From NCBI GenBank assembly GCA_035530855.1, contig DATKUA010000137.1, forward strand, positions 25,893 through 89,892: DNA of 64,000 bases, read 5' to 3'. Below are positions 9,057 through 19,044 of this stretch, one piece after another. Position 1 is the stretch's first letter. Each line of letters begins with the position of its first letter. A program made the position numbers and the translations under genes. The notes beneath the pieces are model-generated. The model ran no database searches, was not told the origin of the DNA, and saw only the letters and a list, made by a program, of their open reading frames with translations. The DNA comes from Acidobacteriota bacterium. GTDB taxonomy: Bacteria; Acidobacteriota; DATKUA01.

Positions 9057-9174
9057 GCGCGACCCGGAAATAGCTGGCACACCCAGCATGTAGATTAATT
9101 TTAATTGGGGTCATGAGAAAACCCTAAAGGCATAATATGCGCGACACTTGGTGAAATCAGGAGGAATACCGAAT

Positions 9175-11169
9175 ATGAATATTGAGCAGCTTGAACTAAT
9201 TGTGCCGCTATTAGGTGTAGTTGGTTTGATTTTCGCTCTGGTCATCTATCTGCTGATCAAGCGCAAGAGCCCCGGAGATGAGCTGATGCAGAAGCTTGCG
9301 GGCTTTGTGCACGATGGAGCGATGATTTTTCTGCGAAAGGAGTATGCGATACTGGTCGTCTTCATCGTGCTGGTTAGCGCTGCTTTGACTGTCTTTATCA
9401 ATCCCCTGACCGCGATCGCCTACGTCGGCGGCGCAGCCTGCTCGATGCTGGCCGGTTTCTTCGGCATGAAGAGCGCGACGCGCAGCGCCGTGCGCACGAC
9501 ACAAGCCGCAAAGACCGGGGGAGTGAGCGCAGCCCTCGGAGTCGCTTTCCTCGGCGGCTCGGTGATGGGTATGTCGGTCGGAAGCCTCGGTGTTCTCGGC
9601 GTCGGCGCCGTTTTCGCCTTCCTCAGCAAGGATCCCGGCATCATCAGCGGCTTCGCGATGGGAGCCAGTTCTATCGCTCTCTTCGCGCGTGTCGGCGGAG
9701 GCATATTCACCAAGAGCGCTGATGTGGGCGCCGATCTGGTCGGCAAGGTTGAGGCGGGAATCCCTGAAGACGATCCCCGCAACCCGGCCACCATCGCAGA
9801 CAACGTCGGCGACAACGTCGGTGACATCGCCGGCATGGGAGCGGACCTGTTCGAGAGCTTCGTCGGCAGTATTGTCGCCGCCATGACTATCGGCGCCGTC
9901 ATGTCTGCCGGCCACATGTTCCTGCCGCTCGCGTTGGCGGGGCTCGGCCTGGTCGCTTCGATCATCGGCGTGCTCAGCATGTCGGTTTTCAAGAAAGTTG
10001 AGCCGCAATCGGCTCTCAGGTGGGTGACCTACCTTGCCGGAGTGCTATTCATCATCGGTGCCTTTTTTCTCTGCGGCTGGGTGGACGGTGGATGGAAGTT
10101 GTTTTCCGCGGTGATCGCCGGCCTGCTGGCAGGAATCGTGATCGGCCTGATAACCGAGTACTACACATCCGGTCCGCCTACGCGATACGTCGCCAAGCAG
10201 AGCGAGACCGGTCCGGCGACAATCATCATATCAGGTTTTGCAACCGGCCTTGAGAGCGTCGCCCTGCCACTGCTGACCATCAGCCTTGCGATCTTCCTGG
10301 CCCACATGTGGGCCGGCCTTTACGGTATTGCCCTGGCCGCGGTGGGGATGCTGGCTACGATCGGCATTACGATGAGCGTCGACGCCTACGGCCCGATTGC
10401 CGACAACGCCGGCGGCGTTGCCGAGATGAGCCACGCGGGACCAGAGATCCGCAAGATAACCGACCGCCTCGACTCCCTCGGCAACACGACTGCTGCGATG
10501 GGTAAGGGCTTCGCCATCGGGAGCGCGGCGCTCACCGCACTTGCCCTCTTCAGCGCTTATAGCCACACGATCGCGCTGACCTCGGGCGCTAAAGAGTTCG
10601 TGATCGACATCACTAATGCCAGCGTTGTGATCGGTGTGCTGATGGGCGCGGTCGTCGCCTTCCTCCTCGCCTCTATGACAATGAAGAGCGTGGGCAAGGC
10701 CGCCTTCAAGATGGTCAACGAGGTCCGCAGGCAGTTCCGCGAAATCAAGGGCCTGATGGAAGGCGAGGCGGAAGCCGATTACGAACGGTGCATCAACATC
10801 GCCACCGCAGCTGCGTTGTGGGAGATGATCATCCCCGGGGTGATGGCCGTCGCGGCCCCGCTGCTCGTCGGCTTTTTACTCGGGCCTGCTGCGCTCGGAG
10901 GCCTCCTGGCCGGAGCTTTGGTGACCGGCGTGGCGCTGGCAATCCTGATGGCAAACAGCGGAGCGGTTTGGGACAATGCCAAGAAGTACATCGAGGAAGG
11001 CAACCTGGGCGGTAAAGGTAGCGCGAATCACAAGGCGGCAGTGGTCGGCGACACAGTGGGGGATCCCTTCAAGGATACCTCCGGCCCGTCGATGAACATC
11101 CTCATCAAGTTGATGAGCATTGTCAGCCTGGTTTTCGCACCGCTGATCGTCCGCGTATGGTTTGGATAA
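9175..11169 (+). CDS. hppA: Membrane-bound H+/Na+-translocating pyrophosphatase, K+-dependent subtype
   Basis: A 16-TM protein with the acidic motifs DNVGDNVGD and [17 protein letters not shown], and a GNTTAA motif (Ala indicates the K+-dependent class). The AGGAGG SD lies 9 nt before the ATG at 9175. Confidence 0.9.
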   Translation: MNIEQLELIVPLLGVVGLIFALVIYLLIKRKSPGDELMQKLAGFVHDGAMIFLRKEYAILVVFIVLVSAALTVFINPLTAIAYVGGAACSMLAGFFGMKSATRSAVRTTQAAKTGGVSAALGVAFLGGSVMGMSVGSLGVLGVGAVFAFLSKDPGIISGFAMGASSIALFARVGGGIFTKSADVGADLVGKVEAGIPEDDPRNPATIADNVGDNVGDIAGMGADLFESFVGSIVAAMTIGAVMSAGHMFLPLALAGLGLVASIIGVLSMSVFKKVEPQSALRWVTYLAGVLFIIGAFFLCGWVDGGWKLFSAVIAGLLAGIVIGLITEYYTSGPPTRYVAKQSETGPATIIISGFATGLESVALPLLTISLAIFLAHMWAGLYGIALAAVGMLATIGITMSVDAYGPIADNAGGVAEMSHAGPEIRKITDRLDSLGNTTAAMGKGFAIGSAALTALALFSAYSHTIALTSGAKEFVIDITNASVVIGVLMGAVVAFLLASMTMKSVGKAAFKMVNEVRRQFREIKGLMEGEAEADYERCINIATAAALWEMIIPGVMAVAAPLLVGFLLGPAALGGLLAGALVTGVALAILMANSGAVWDNAKKYIEEGNLGGKGSANHKAAVVGDTVGDPFKDTSGPSMNILIKLMSIVSLVFAPLIVRVWFG

Positions 11170-11175
11170 TTCCCG

Positions 11176-11215
11176 ATCGCCGGCAGGGGATGGGTTTCTA
11201 ATCCTCTGCCGGCAT
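11176..11215 (+). terminator. Hairpin (GCCGGCAG...CTGCCGGC) downstream of hppA with no clear U-tract
   Basis: An 8-bp GC stem seen in sequence, followed by ATAACTG rather than a T-run. Confidence 0.35.
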
Positions 11216-11250
11216 AACTGTATATGCTACAATTACTTACAAGAAAACAA

Positions 11251-11279
11251 TTGGCTGGTGTGTGTTTTTTTGCTATACT
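11251..11279 (+). promoter_or_regulatory. Sigma-70-type promoter TTGGCT-N17-TATACT
   Basis: Exact 17-nt spacing, with an AAGGAGG SD 7 nt before the GTG start at 11314. Confidence 0.45.
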
Positions 11280-11313
11280 CATAAGTCCAGGTCTTTTGTA
11301 AGGAGGTCCGTAG

Positions 11314-12069
11314 GTGTTTTACGAAGGATTTGCCAACAGCTACGATGATATGGTCGACTGGGAAAACCGACTGGTTTTCGAGGGCAAGTATTTCGATAAG
11401 CTTTTCAAGCATTATGGAATCGAAAGAATTCTGGATGTTGCTTGCGGCACGGGGCGCCACTCGATCCTGTTCGCCAAACTGGGATACAAAGTGCTCGGCG
11501 TCGATAACAATGACACGATGCTTGAGCTGGCAAGTAAAAACGCCAAGGAGAGCGGCGTCAAGGGCTTGAAGATTCAAAAAGCCGAGATGAGCACACTCTC
11601 CGATACCGTTAAGGGAAAATTCAACGCTTTAGTCTGTCTGGGCAATTCGCTGCCCCATCTGGTACATGACGAGGACGTACTCGGGGCTCTCGGGCACTTC
11701 CATAAGCTGTTGAAACCCGGTGGTTTGCTGTTGCTCCAGACTGTATACTTCGATCACTATCTCGACAGCGCCGATTCGGCCGTGGCCGTCAGGGACGGCG
11801 TGCGCAAAGGTCGCCCGGTGACTTTCCGGAGACACTACGAGTTTAAAGGCACAAAGGTAATCTTCCACGTCTCGATCTACGACCGCAATTCGCGCGAACT
11901 GCTGGAAGGCTACAGCAGCCCGCTTAATCCGATCCGCCGAGAGCTGCTCGAGACTTATCTTGAGAAGGTCGGATTCGCCGGCATGCAATTCTTTGAGGAC
12001 ATTTCTCTCAAGCCGCTGACACAGGAATCGCGGAGCCTGATCGGTTTCTCGTTCAAGCCCAAGGCCTGA
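11314..12069 (+). CDS. Class I SAM-dependent methyltransferase
   Basis: Motif [12 protein letters not shown], post-I acidic VLGVDNND and motif [11 protein letters not shown]. It has a GTG start with a strong SD. Confidence 0.75.
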   Translation: MFYEGFANSYDDMVDWENRLVFEGKYFDKLFKHYGIERILDVACGTGRHSILFAKLGYKVLGVDNNDTMLELASKNAKESGVKGLKIQKAEMSTLSDTVKGKFNALVCLGNSLPHLVHDEDVLGALGHFHKLLKPGGLLLLQTVYFDHYLDSADSAVAVRDGVRKGRPVTFRRHYEFKGTKVIFHVSIYDRNSRELLEGYSSPLNPIRRELLETYLEKVGFAGMQFFEDISLKPLTQESRSLIGFSFKPKA

Positions 12070-12190
12070 GCCAGCAAACATTCCTTTTTCAACGATCCCC
12101 ATGCTACAGAGGGGCTCTCCACAACGCTTTCGCGCGACTCGGCGCCCGTGTATACTTGCATAACCGGACAGACATGGAAGGAGCAGGGGA

Positions 12191-13249
12191 ATGGAAGGGA
12201 AACCGAATCGGCGCGACTTTCTCATCGGATCGCTCGCGGCAGCCGGAGCGGGTGCGATGATTGGGGGAATTGGAGTTTCAGCCAAAACTATCAAGACCCA
12301 AAGTAAGATGGTGTGTGTCTCTTCCGCGAACGGCCTGGCGGCTGTGACTAAGGCCGTGGAAGTGATGCGCGGCGGCGGCGGCACGATGGACGCGGTCATA
12401 GCGGGTGTGAATATCGTCGAGGACGATCCGAACGACACATCAGTGGGCTATGGCGGCCTACCGAACGAAATCGGCGTGGTCGAGCTCGACTCCTCGGTAA
12501 TGGACGGCCCTTCAGGCAACAACGCCGGCGCAGTGGCCTGCCTGCGCAACATCAAGAATCCGTCGAAGGTCGCGCGGCTGGTGATGGAGCGCACCGATCA
12601 TGTCCTGATTGTGGGCGAGGGTGCGCTGCAATTCGCCAAGGCGCACGGTTTCCAGGAAGAAGACCTGCTGACGGAACGTGCCCGCAAGATATGGTTGCGT
12701 TGGAAAGAAACGTTGAGCGACCAGGACGACTGGCTGCCCCCCGCCGGCGGCTATGCACTTAACTACGACTACCCTTCCACGCGGCCGACCGGGACGATCA
12801 ATTGCCTTGCAGTCAATGAAAACGGCGACATCAGCGGCGTCACCACTACCAGCGGCCTGGCTTTCAAGATACCCGGCCGCGTCGGCGACAGCCCGATTAT
12901 CGGCGCCGGACTCTACGTCGACAACGAAATCGGCGGCGCCGGCTCCACCGGCCGTGGAGAAGAGGCAATCAAGTTCTGCGGCTCGTTCCACACGGTGATG
13001 CAGATGGCGATGGGAAAGAGCCCGGGTGAGGCCGCGATGGAGACGATCAAGCGGATCGCGCGCAACTATGACATGGAATTCATCAAGACATTCAACATCA
13101 AGTTTTACGCCGTCAACAAAAAGGGCGAATACGGAGCCGCGGCATTGTGGGGCGCTCCCGGAGATCCTGCTTCGAGGTTCGCCGTGCACGACGGCACCGA
13201 GGCGCGGCACATGGATACGCTTTACCTTTTCGACATTAACGAACGCTAG
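12191..13249 (+). CDS. Tat-exported Ntn-hydrolase of the glycosylasparaginase / isoaspartyl-peptidase (asparaginase 2) family
   Basis: Twin-arginine leader RRDFLIGSLAAAGAGA. The body carries the asparaginase_2 family hallmarks, including the TGTIN nucleophile region and a GAGSTGRGEE glycine-rich loop. Confidence 0.75.
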   Translation: MEGKPNRRDFLIGSLAAAGAGAMIGGIGVSAKTIKTQSKMVCVSSANGLAAVTKAVEVMRGGGGTMDAVIAGVNIVEDDPNDTSVGYGGLPNEIGVVELDSSVMDGPSGNNAGAVACLRNIKNPSKVARLVMERTDHVLIVGEGALQFAKAHGFQEEDLLTERARKIWLRWKETLSDQDDWLPPAGGYALNYDYPSTRPTGTINCLAVNENGDISGVTTTSGLAFKIPGRVGDSPIIGAGLYVDNEIGGAGSTGRGEEAIKFCGSFHTVMQMAMGKSPGEAAMETIKRIARNYDMEFIKTFNIKFYAVNKKGEYGAAALWGAPGDPASRFAVHDGTEARHMDTLYLFDINER

Positions 13250-13273
13250 GACAACAACCGCCTGACGGCGGGA

Positions 13274-15592
13274 ATGATGCTTTACAGTCTGCTCTACACT
13301 CTGGCCATGCTGCTGGCCGCGCCGTTTCTGCTGCTCAGCGGCAGGACGCGGAAGAAGTATCTTCTCACTGCGGCTGCGCGGTTGGGTAGCGGCAGCGTAA
13401 AACTAAATCCCGAGCGCAAACCTGCAATCTGGTTGCACGCCGTCTCGGTGGGCGAGGCGTTGGCGGCAAAACCGCTGGTGGCCGAACTGAAGAGAAAACT
13501 CCCCGACTTCCTGATTTTTGTCTCCACCACTACGTCGACCGGCAGGGAAGTCGCGGAGAAAAGCCTCGACGCCGACGGCTTCTTCTATTTCCCGTTCGAT
13601 TGGAAATTTGCCGTGCGGCGTGCGCTTCGCAGCACTGGTGCCCATCTTTGCATCGTCCTGGAAACGGAACTCTGGCCGAACTTTATCCGCACGCTTTCCC
13701 GGCGGAAAATTCCTCTGGTTCTGGCCAACGGCCGCATCTCCGACCGTTCTTTCAGGCGGTACAGAAGGTTCCGATGGTTTTTCAGGCCATTGCTGCATCG
13801 CTTTTCCGTCCTCTGCGCGCAGAGCGTCGCAGATGCCGAGCGGCTCGAAGCGATCGGAGCGCACACGGCGGGTGTGATTGTATCGGGAAACCTTAAGTTC
13901 GAGCGCGGCCAGTTTGCCATCGACGCGGCGGATGTCGAGCATCTTCGCGTGCTGCTCGCCATCGATCCGGGCGACGGGATTGTCATCGCAGGCAGCACGC
14001 ACGGCGGTGAGGAGGAAGCGGTTCTTGAGGCGTTCGAGAAGATCAAGTCCGAGCATGGCGGGCTACGGCTGGTTATCGTCCCCAGGAGACCCGAACGGTT
14101 CGGCGAAGTGGCGGAACTGCTGGCTCAAAAGGGTGCCGACTTCGTCCGCTATTCCGAACTGGAGAACGGGTCGCGCAGAGCCGAGGTGATCTTAATCGAC
14201 ACAATCGGCCTGTTGCGCCCGCTGTATCATCTGGCCACCGCGGCATTTATCGGCGGCTCACTCATTCCGCACGGCGGCCAGAATCCTCTCGAGGCCTGCG
14301 CCGCAGGCGTTCCAGTTGTTTTCGGACCACACATGAGCAACTTCCGCGAAATCGCCCGGCAGGTACTCGATCGAAAAGCCGGCAAGCAGGTGGCGAACCG
14401 TCACGAGTTGACAGAAGCGCTGTCGGAAATCTTCGCCGACGAGCACAAGCGGGCAGCGATGGCCGAGGCCGCCTTGGCGGTGATCGAAGAAAACCAGGAG
14501 GCACTTCCGCTGACGACGCAGGCTGTAAGATCGGCCCTCGCGCGGCGAGGCTTGTTAACAGGAGCGCCGCTGATCCTGAAAATTCTTGCGAAGATTCATC
14601 ACACTGCTCTCGGTCTGCTGAGAAAGGAACCCCGAGCCAGGCTGGCATCCGCGCCCAGGTTGAACGCGGCTACCGTCTCGGTAGGGGGATTGAGTTTCGG
14701 CGGCTCGGGCAAGTCGCCGATGGTCGCAACGCTTGCGGAGCGCTTTCAAAGGGCGGGAAAAAAGGTTGCGGTACTCACGCGAGGGTACAAAGGCTCCGGC
14801 TCGGAACCGCTGGTCGTATCCGACGGAAAGAAGATACTTGCCGGCGCAGGCGAGGCGGGCGACGAGCCCGTGATGCTCGCCGGCGCACTGCCGGGTCTGA
14901 TCGTGATCAAGGACCGCGTCCGCATCCGCGGTGGCCGCCTGGCCGAGGAGCGTTTCAATCCGGATATCTTTCTCCTCGACGACGGCTTCCAGCACCGCGC
15001 GATCGGCCGGGATTTCAACCTCTTAATGCTGGATGCCGACAGCGTATTCGGAACCGGTATGCCTTGCCACCAGCTCCGCGAACCCCTGCGATTCGCCAAA
15101 GCAGCCGATGCTATCGTGCTCCTTGGCAGGGATGCGAAACACAGGTCGGAAGCCGGCAGGTATTTAACTGAAAATAGCATCGCCCCGCCCTTGTTCGAAG
15201 CGCAACATCGGCCAACAGGCTGCACGGATTTCCACACCGACGAGACCATTCCGATGGATGAGTTGAAGCGAAAAAAACTGCTGGCGTTCTGCGGTATCGC
15301 CGATCCGGAACGCTTCGCTCTCTCGCTGACGCGCCTGGAGGCCGATCCGCTCGATCTCGTCACTTTCCCCGATCATCACAAGTACACCGAAGGCGATCTG
15401 AACCATCTGGTCGAACTCTGGAAGCGGAACGGTGCTGATGTTATGATCACCACTTCCAAGGACGCGCAGCGCCTGCGCTCGCTGCCAGGCTTGCCGGACG
15501 GCTGGCCGGAGGTGCTTGTTCTGACGGTAAGGTTGGAAATGAACCGCGAAGATGAACTGATAAGATTGATAGAAGAAGCAATGAAACAATGA
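13274..15592 (+). CDS. waaA-lpxK: Bifunctional Kdo transferase (WaaA/KdtA, N-terminal ~420 aa) fused to tetraacyldisaccharide 4'-kinase (LpxK, C-terminal ~330 aa)
   Basis: A single 772-codon frame. The N-terminal half is KdtA-like (AIWLHAVSVGEALAAKPL, GSTHGGEEEAVLEAF). The C-terminal half is LpxK-like with a P-loop (VSVGGLSFGGSGKSP) and an LLDDGFQH motif. Confidence 0.8.
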   Translation: MMLYSLLYTLAMLLAAPFLLLSGRTRKKYLLTAAARLGSGSVKLNPERKPAIWLHAVSVGEALAAKPLVAELKRKLPDFLIFVSTTTSTGREVAEKSLDADGFFYFPFDWKFAVRRALRSTGAHLCIVLETELWPNFIRTLSRRKIPLVLANGRISDRSFRRYRRFRWFFRPLLHRFSVLCAQSVADAERLEAIGAHTAGVIVSGNLKFERGQFAIDAADVEHLRVLLAIDPGDGIVIAGSTHGGEEEAVLEAFEKIKSEHGGLRLVIVPRRPERFGEVAELLAQKGADFVRYSELENGSRRAEVILIDTIGLLRPLYHLATAAFIGGSLIPHGGQNPLEACAAGVPVVFGPHMSNFREIARQVLDRKAGKQVANRHELTEALSEIFADEHKRAAMAEAALAVIEENQEALPLTTQAVRSALARRGLLTGAPLILKILAKIHHTALGLLRKEPRARLASAPRLNAATVSVGGLSFGGSGKSPMVATLAERFQRAGKKVAVLTRGYKGSGSEPLVVSDGKKILAGAGEAGDEPVMLAGALPGLIVIKDRVRIRGGRLAEERFNPDIFLLDDGFQHRAIGRDFNLLMLDADSVFGTGMPCHQLREPLRFAKAADAIVLLGRDAKHRSEAGRYLTENSIAPPLFEAQHRPTGCTDFHTDETIPMDELKRKKLLAFCGIADPERFALSLTRLEADPLDLVTFPDHHKYTEGDLNHLVELWKRNGADVMITTSKDAQRLRSLPGLPDGWPEVLVLTVRLEMNREDELIRLIEEAMKQ

Positions 15593-16500
15593 AGGCCAGG
15601 CACTACATCGAATTCGGTCTGGTGTGGTTTGCTCGCGCTTTGCTATTTCTGATGCCGCGGCGTGCGGCGATTTGGTGCGGACGCCGACTCGGCGATTTTT
15701 TCTATCTGGTCGACCGCAGGCACCGGAGTGAGGTCTTGCAAAACCTCGACACCGCCTTCGGCGAAGAAAAAAGCAAAGCCGAGAAAAAGAGGATCTCCAG
15801 AAAAGTGTACCGTCACTTTGGAGGCATCTTCTTCGATTTCATCCGCTCGCCGTGCATTTCTCGTCGAAAAATGGAGCGGATCACCGAGGTGGAAGGCTGG
15901 GAGAACCTCGAAGCCGCGTTTGAGAAGGGTAAGGGAGTACTGATCCTAACAGCCCACTATGGTTACTGGGAGTTAATGGGTATTCAGCAGGGTTACCTCG
16001 GGCGCCCGATGAGCGTCATCGCACGCAGGCTGGATAATCCCCTGCTGGAGAAAATGATCCATCGCTACCGCACGCGCAGCGGTAACCGCATCGTCTACAA
16101 GCAGAACGCAGTCCGCGAAATATTCAAAACGTTGCGGCATAACGGAGTGGCCGGGGTATTGATCGACCAGAATATCAACCCCAAACAAGGGATGTTCGTC
16201 GACTTTTTCGGCGTAGCTGCTAGCACAACACCGATACTCTCAGCAATCGCACTCAAGAGCGGCGCGCAGATCATTCCCGCCTTCACCAAGCCGTTACCCG
16301 GCGGACGCTGGCGCCTTATCTATGAACCCGCTCTGGATCTTTCCGTCAATGGTATGGATCGCTCGGAGGCGATGCGCCATATAACACAAACTTGCACGAT
16401 GGTTATCGAGAATTACATCCGGCGGAATCCCGAGCTCTGGTTCTGGATGCACCGCCGTTGGAAGGCTCGCCCGCCGGCGGAGGAACAGCGTGGCGGCTGA
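15589..16500 (+). CDS. Lipid A biosynthesis lauroyl/myristoyl acyltransferase (LpxL/HtrB/MsbB family)
   Basis: The HX4D-type acyltransferase region appears as AHYGYWE. The size is right, and its ATGA overlaps the waaA-lpxK stop. Confidence 0.7.
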   Translation: MKARHYIEFGLVWFARALLFLMPRRAAIWCGRRLGDFFYLVDRRHRSEVLQNLDTAFGEEKSKAEKKRISRKVYRHFGGIFFDFIRSPCISRRKMERITEVEGWENLEAAFEKGKGVLILTAHYGYWELMGIQQGYLGRPMSVIARRLDNPLLEKMIHRYRTRSGNRIVYKQNAVREIFKTLRHNGVAGVLIDQNINPKQGMFVDFFGVAASTTPILSAIALKSGAQIIPAFTKPLPGGRWRLIYEPALDLSVNGMDRSEAMRHITQTCTMVIENYIRRNPELWFWMHRRWKARPPAEEQRGG

Positions 16501-17548
16501 ATCGCTGCTCGATGCCCGGCGTCTGGTAATCCGGGGCCTCAACTGGATCGGCGACGCTGTCATGTCTCTCCCGACAATCCACAACATCCGAAAGGCGCTT
16601 CCCGAGACGTTCCTGGCTGTCCATGCTCCCGCCTGGAGTGCCGGACTTTATGAAATCTGTCCGGCAGTCGATAGGGTGATTCTTACATCAGAAAAAAGGT
16701 TTTTCTCGGAATTTAAGGAAGCAAAGAAGCTCAAGGCCGAGAAGTTCGACGCCGCCTTGATTCTGCCCAACTCGTTCCGCTCGGCTCTTGCTCCCGCCCT
16801 GGCACATATCCCCGGCCGCTGGGGATATAACACCGATACGCGCTTCCCGCTGCTGACCAACAAGGTGCCGCGGCCGAAGGACGCCGACTCGAGGCACACC
16901 ATTCTCTATTACATGGAATTGCTGGCCGCCGCCGGGATCGAATGGGCCGACGAGAAGTTTGAACTTGTTCTTTCCCAGCAAACGAAGGAAGAAGCCGAGG
17001 AGATCATCGTGAGCCGCGGGGCGCGGCCCGGATCGTTGAAAATCGGTTTGTCGCCGGGCGCCGCCTGGGGGCCCTCAAAGAGGTGGCCCGCCGAGCGCTT
17101 TGCCGCCGCCGCAAAACAATTGATCGGAAACCTTGGCGCTGATGCCCTGATTTTCGGCAGCGGCAAGGAATCGGAGCTCATCCAGGATGTGGTTGAGGCT
17201 GCCGGCGAAGGTGCGGTTAACCTGGCTGAAGCCTTCCCGCAACTGCGCCACCTGGCGGCTTCCATCGCAGGCTGCAGGTTACTGATCACAAATGACTCGG
17301 GGCCGATGCACATCGCCGCTTCCCTCGGCGTGCCGGTGGTCGCTCTTTTCGGTCCGACCGACGAGCAGCGCAGCGGACCATGGGGCCTGGGAGAGCGAGC
17401 CGTCGTGGTCAAACGGGCAATGGATTGCCGACCGTGCTACAATCCGTTATGCCGGCTGCAGGTGCACCCCTGCATGATGGAAATCGAGGTGGAGGAGGTG
17501 GTTGCCGTCGCCGAAACGCTGCTCAAACGCGAGAGTGCTTCCTCATGA
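16490..17548 (+). CDS. ADP-heptose:LPS heptosyltransferase (glycosyltransferase family 9)
   Basis: GT9 hallmarks: N-terminal LNWIGDAVMSLP and a C-terminal DSGPMHIAASLGVPVVALFGPT. It has a GTG start overlapping the lpxL-like stop. Confidence 0.7.
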   Translation: MAAESLLDARRLVIRGLNWIGDAVMSLPTIHNIRKALPETFLAVHAPAWSAGLYEICPAVDRVILTSEKRFFSEFKEAKKLKAEKFDAALILPNSFRSALAPALAHIPGRWGYNTDTRFPLLTNKVPRPKDADSRHTILYYMELLAAAGIEWADEKFELVLSQQTKEEAEEIIVSRGARPGSLKIGLSPGAAWGPSKRWPAERFAAAAKQLIGNLGADALIFGSGKESELIQDVVEAAGEGAVNLAEAFPQLRHLAASIAGCRLLITNDSGPMHIAASLGVPVVALFGPTDEQRSGPWGLGERAVVVKRAMDCRPCYNPLCRLQVHPCMMEIEVEEVVAVAETLLKRESASS

Positions 17549-18555
17549 GCGAAGCTGTGCCTGACAAAAAGGGATTGCTCGAATTGGCCGGACGGCTAGC
17601 CGGTAAACGCGTGCTGGTTTACGGCGATTTCGTGCTCGATGAATTTCTCTTCGGCCAGATCGATCGCATTTCGCGCGAGGCGCCGGTGTTCATCGTCGCC
17701 CACGAGCGCAGCGATTTCCGCCCCGGCTGCGCCGCCAACGCTGTCGCCAACCTTGCAGCCCTGGGAGCGGTCCCCCTACCCTGCGGAATTCTCGGCGACG
17801 ACGAGGCGGCCGATCAACTTGCGGGATTATTCGCCGCGACGGGGATCGACACTGATAACCTGGAACGGGTGAAGAGCGCGAGGACGGCGGTGAAAACCCG
17901 CGTGATCGCCGGCGGGGCTCATTCGATCAAGCAGCAGATCGTGAGGATAGACCGGCTCAACGGCGCTTCGGGCGGCCCGCAGCAGGATGAATCGATCCGC
18001 AGACACCTGAAATCCCTTCTTCCAGAATGCGAAGCCGTCCTCATCTCCGACTACGGTATCGGCAGCCTGAATGCGGAAACCGCCTCCTGGCTGGTCTTGG
18101 AGGCCCGAACTGCGGGATTGCCCGTAACTGCCGACTCCCGCTACCGCATGCTGAATTATGCAGGCGCGACTGCGATGACGCCCAACCAGCCCGAGGTTGA
18201 ACAATGCTTGGGCCGCAGCATCGGCAATGCCGATGAAATGCACCATGCGGGGAAGGAACTGCTGTCGAAACTAGGCTGCGAAGCGCTGGTGATCACCCGC
18301 GGTGGCGATGGAATGTGTCTGTTTGGTCCCTCGACTGGACCACTCGACATCCCTGCGTTCGGGAACGAGGAAGTTGTGGACGTGACCGGCGCCGGCGACA
18401 CCGTTATCGCCGCATTCACGCTCGGAATCGCGGCAGGCGGGGGCTTTGAAAACGCCGCACGGCTGGCAAACGTCGCGGGCGGCCTCACCGTGCTTAAGAA
18501 GGGAACATCCACCGTGAGCGCCGAGGAATTGCGAGCTGCGCTCGGCGGGAGCTGA
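17545..18555 (+). CDS. hldA: D-glycero-beta-D-manno-heptose-7-phosphate kinase (HldE domain I / PfkB-family carbohydrate kinase)
   Basis: PfkB signature VDVTGAGDTVIAAF. It is followed directly by the adenylyltransferase domain encoded as a separate gene, and its ATGA overlaps the upstream stop. Confidence 0.75.
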   Translation: MSEAVPDKKGLLELAGRLAGKRVLVYGDFVLDEFLFGQIDRISREAPVFIVAHERSDFRPGCAANAVANLAALGAVPLPCGILGDDEAADQLAGLFAATGIDTDNLERVKSARTAVKTRVIAGGAHSIKQQIVRIDRLNGASGGPQQDESIRRHLKSLLPECEAVLISDYGIGSLNAETASWLVLEARTAGLPVTADSRYRMLNYAGATAMTPNQPEVEQCLGRSIGNADEMHHAGKELLSKLGCEALVITRGGDGMCLFGPSTGPLDIPAFGNEEVVDVTGAGDTVIAAFTLGIAAGGGFENAARLANVAGGLTVLKKGTSTVSAEELRAALGGS

Positions 18556-18558
18556 ATC

Positions 18559-19044
18559 ATGGGGCTGCTTATCGGCAGGGAGGAAGCGGCGGCCCTGGCC
18601 GAAAGGCTCAGGGAGGAGGGCAGGACTGTTGTCCTCGCCAACGGCGCTTTTGACCCACTCCATGTCGGCCACGTGCGCTACCTCAAGGCAGCAAAGGAAT
18701 GTGGTGATACTCTTTTCGTCGCGCTCAACTCCGACAGCTCAGTTCGCGGCCTCAAGGGACCGGGCAGGCCGGTGATAACCCAAGACGAACGCGCCGAAAT
18801 CCTTTGCGCCCTCGAGCCCGTCGGCTATGTCCTCATCTTCGACGAGCCGACAGTTGAGCAGGTCATCCGCGCTCTGCGGCCCGATTTCCACTGCAAGGGG
18901 ACTGACTATACGCCCGGTTCGGTGCCCGAGGCTGAATTGGTCCGCTCGCTGGGCGGGGAGGTGCGCATCGTCGGCGATCCGAAGAACCACGATAGCAGCG
19001 CCATGATCCGCAAGATCAAGACAGACGGCGCCGACGGCAAATGA
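18559..19044 (+). CDS. hldC: D-glycero-beta-D-manno-heptose-1-phosphate adenylyltransferase (HldE domain II, cytidylyltransferase fold)
   Basis: NGAFDPLHVGHVRYL (the HxGH nucleotidyltransferase motif) in a 161-aa protein. Confidence 0.8.
   Translation: MGLLIGREEAAALAERLREEGRTVVLANGAFDPLHVGHVRYLKAAKECGDTLFVALNSDSSVRGLKGPGRPVITQDERAEILCALEPVGYVLIFDEPTVEQVIRALRPDFHCKGTDYTPGSVPEAELVRSLGGEVRIVGDPKNHDSSAMIRKIKTDGADGK

Noticed and set aside
9211-10008. Minus-strand ORFs (265 aa, 190 aa) and the apparent short tandem repeat gacaacgtcggcgacaacgtcggtgac inside 9148..11169
   Set aside because: They lie antisense to or within the H+-PPase gene. The repeat encodes the conserved DNVGDNVGD motif. It is not a CRISPR or VNTR.
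11629-12438. 269-aa minus-strand ORF spanning the methyltransferase/asparaginase junction
   Set aside because: It crosses an intergenic region and two well-supported plus-strand genes. It has no SD and an Ala/Pro/Arg-biased composition.
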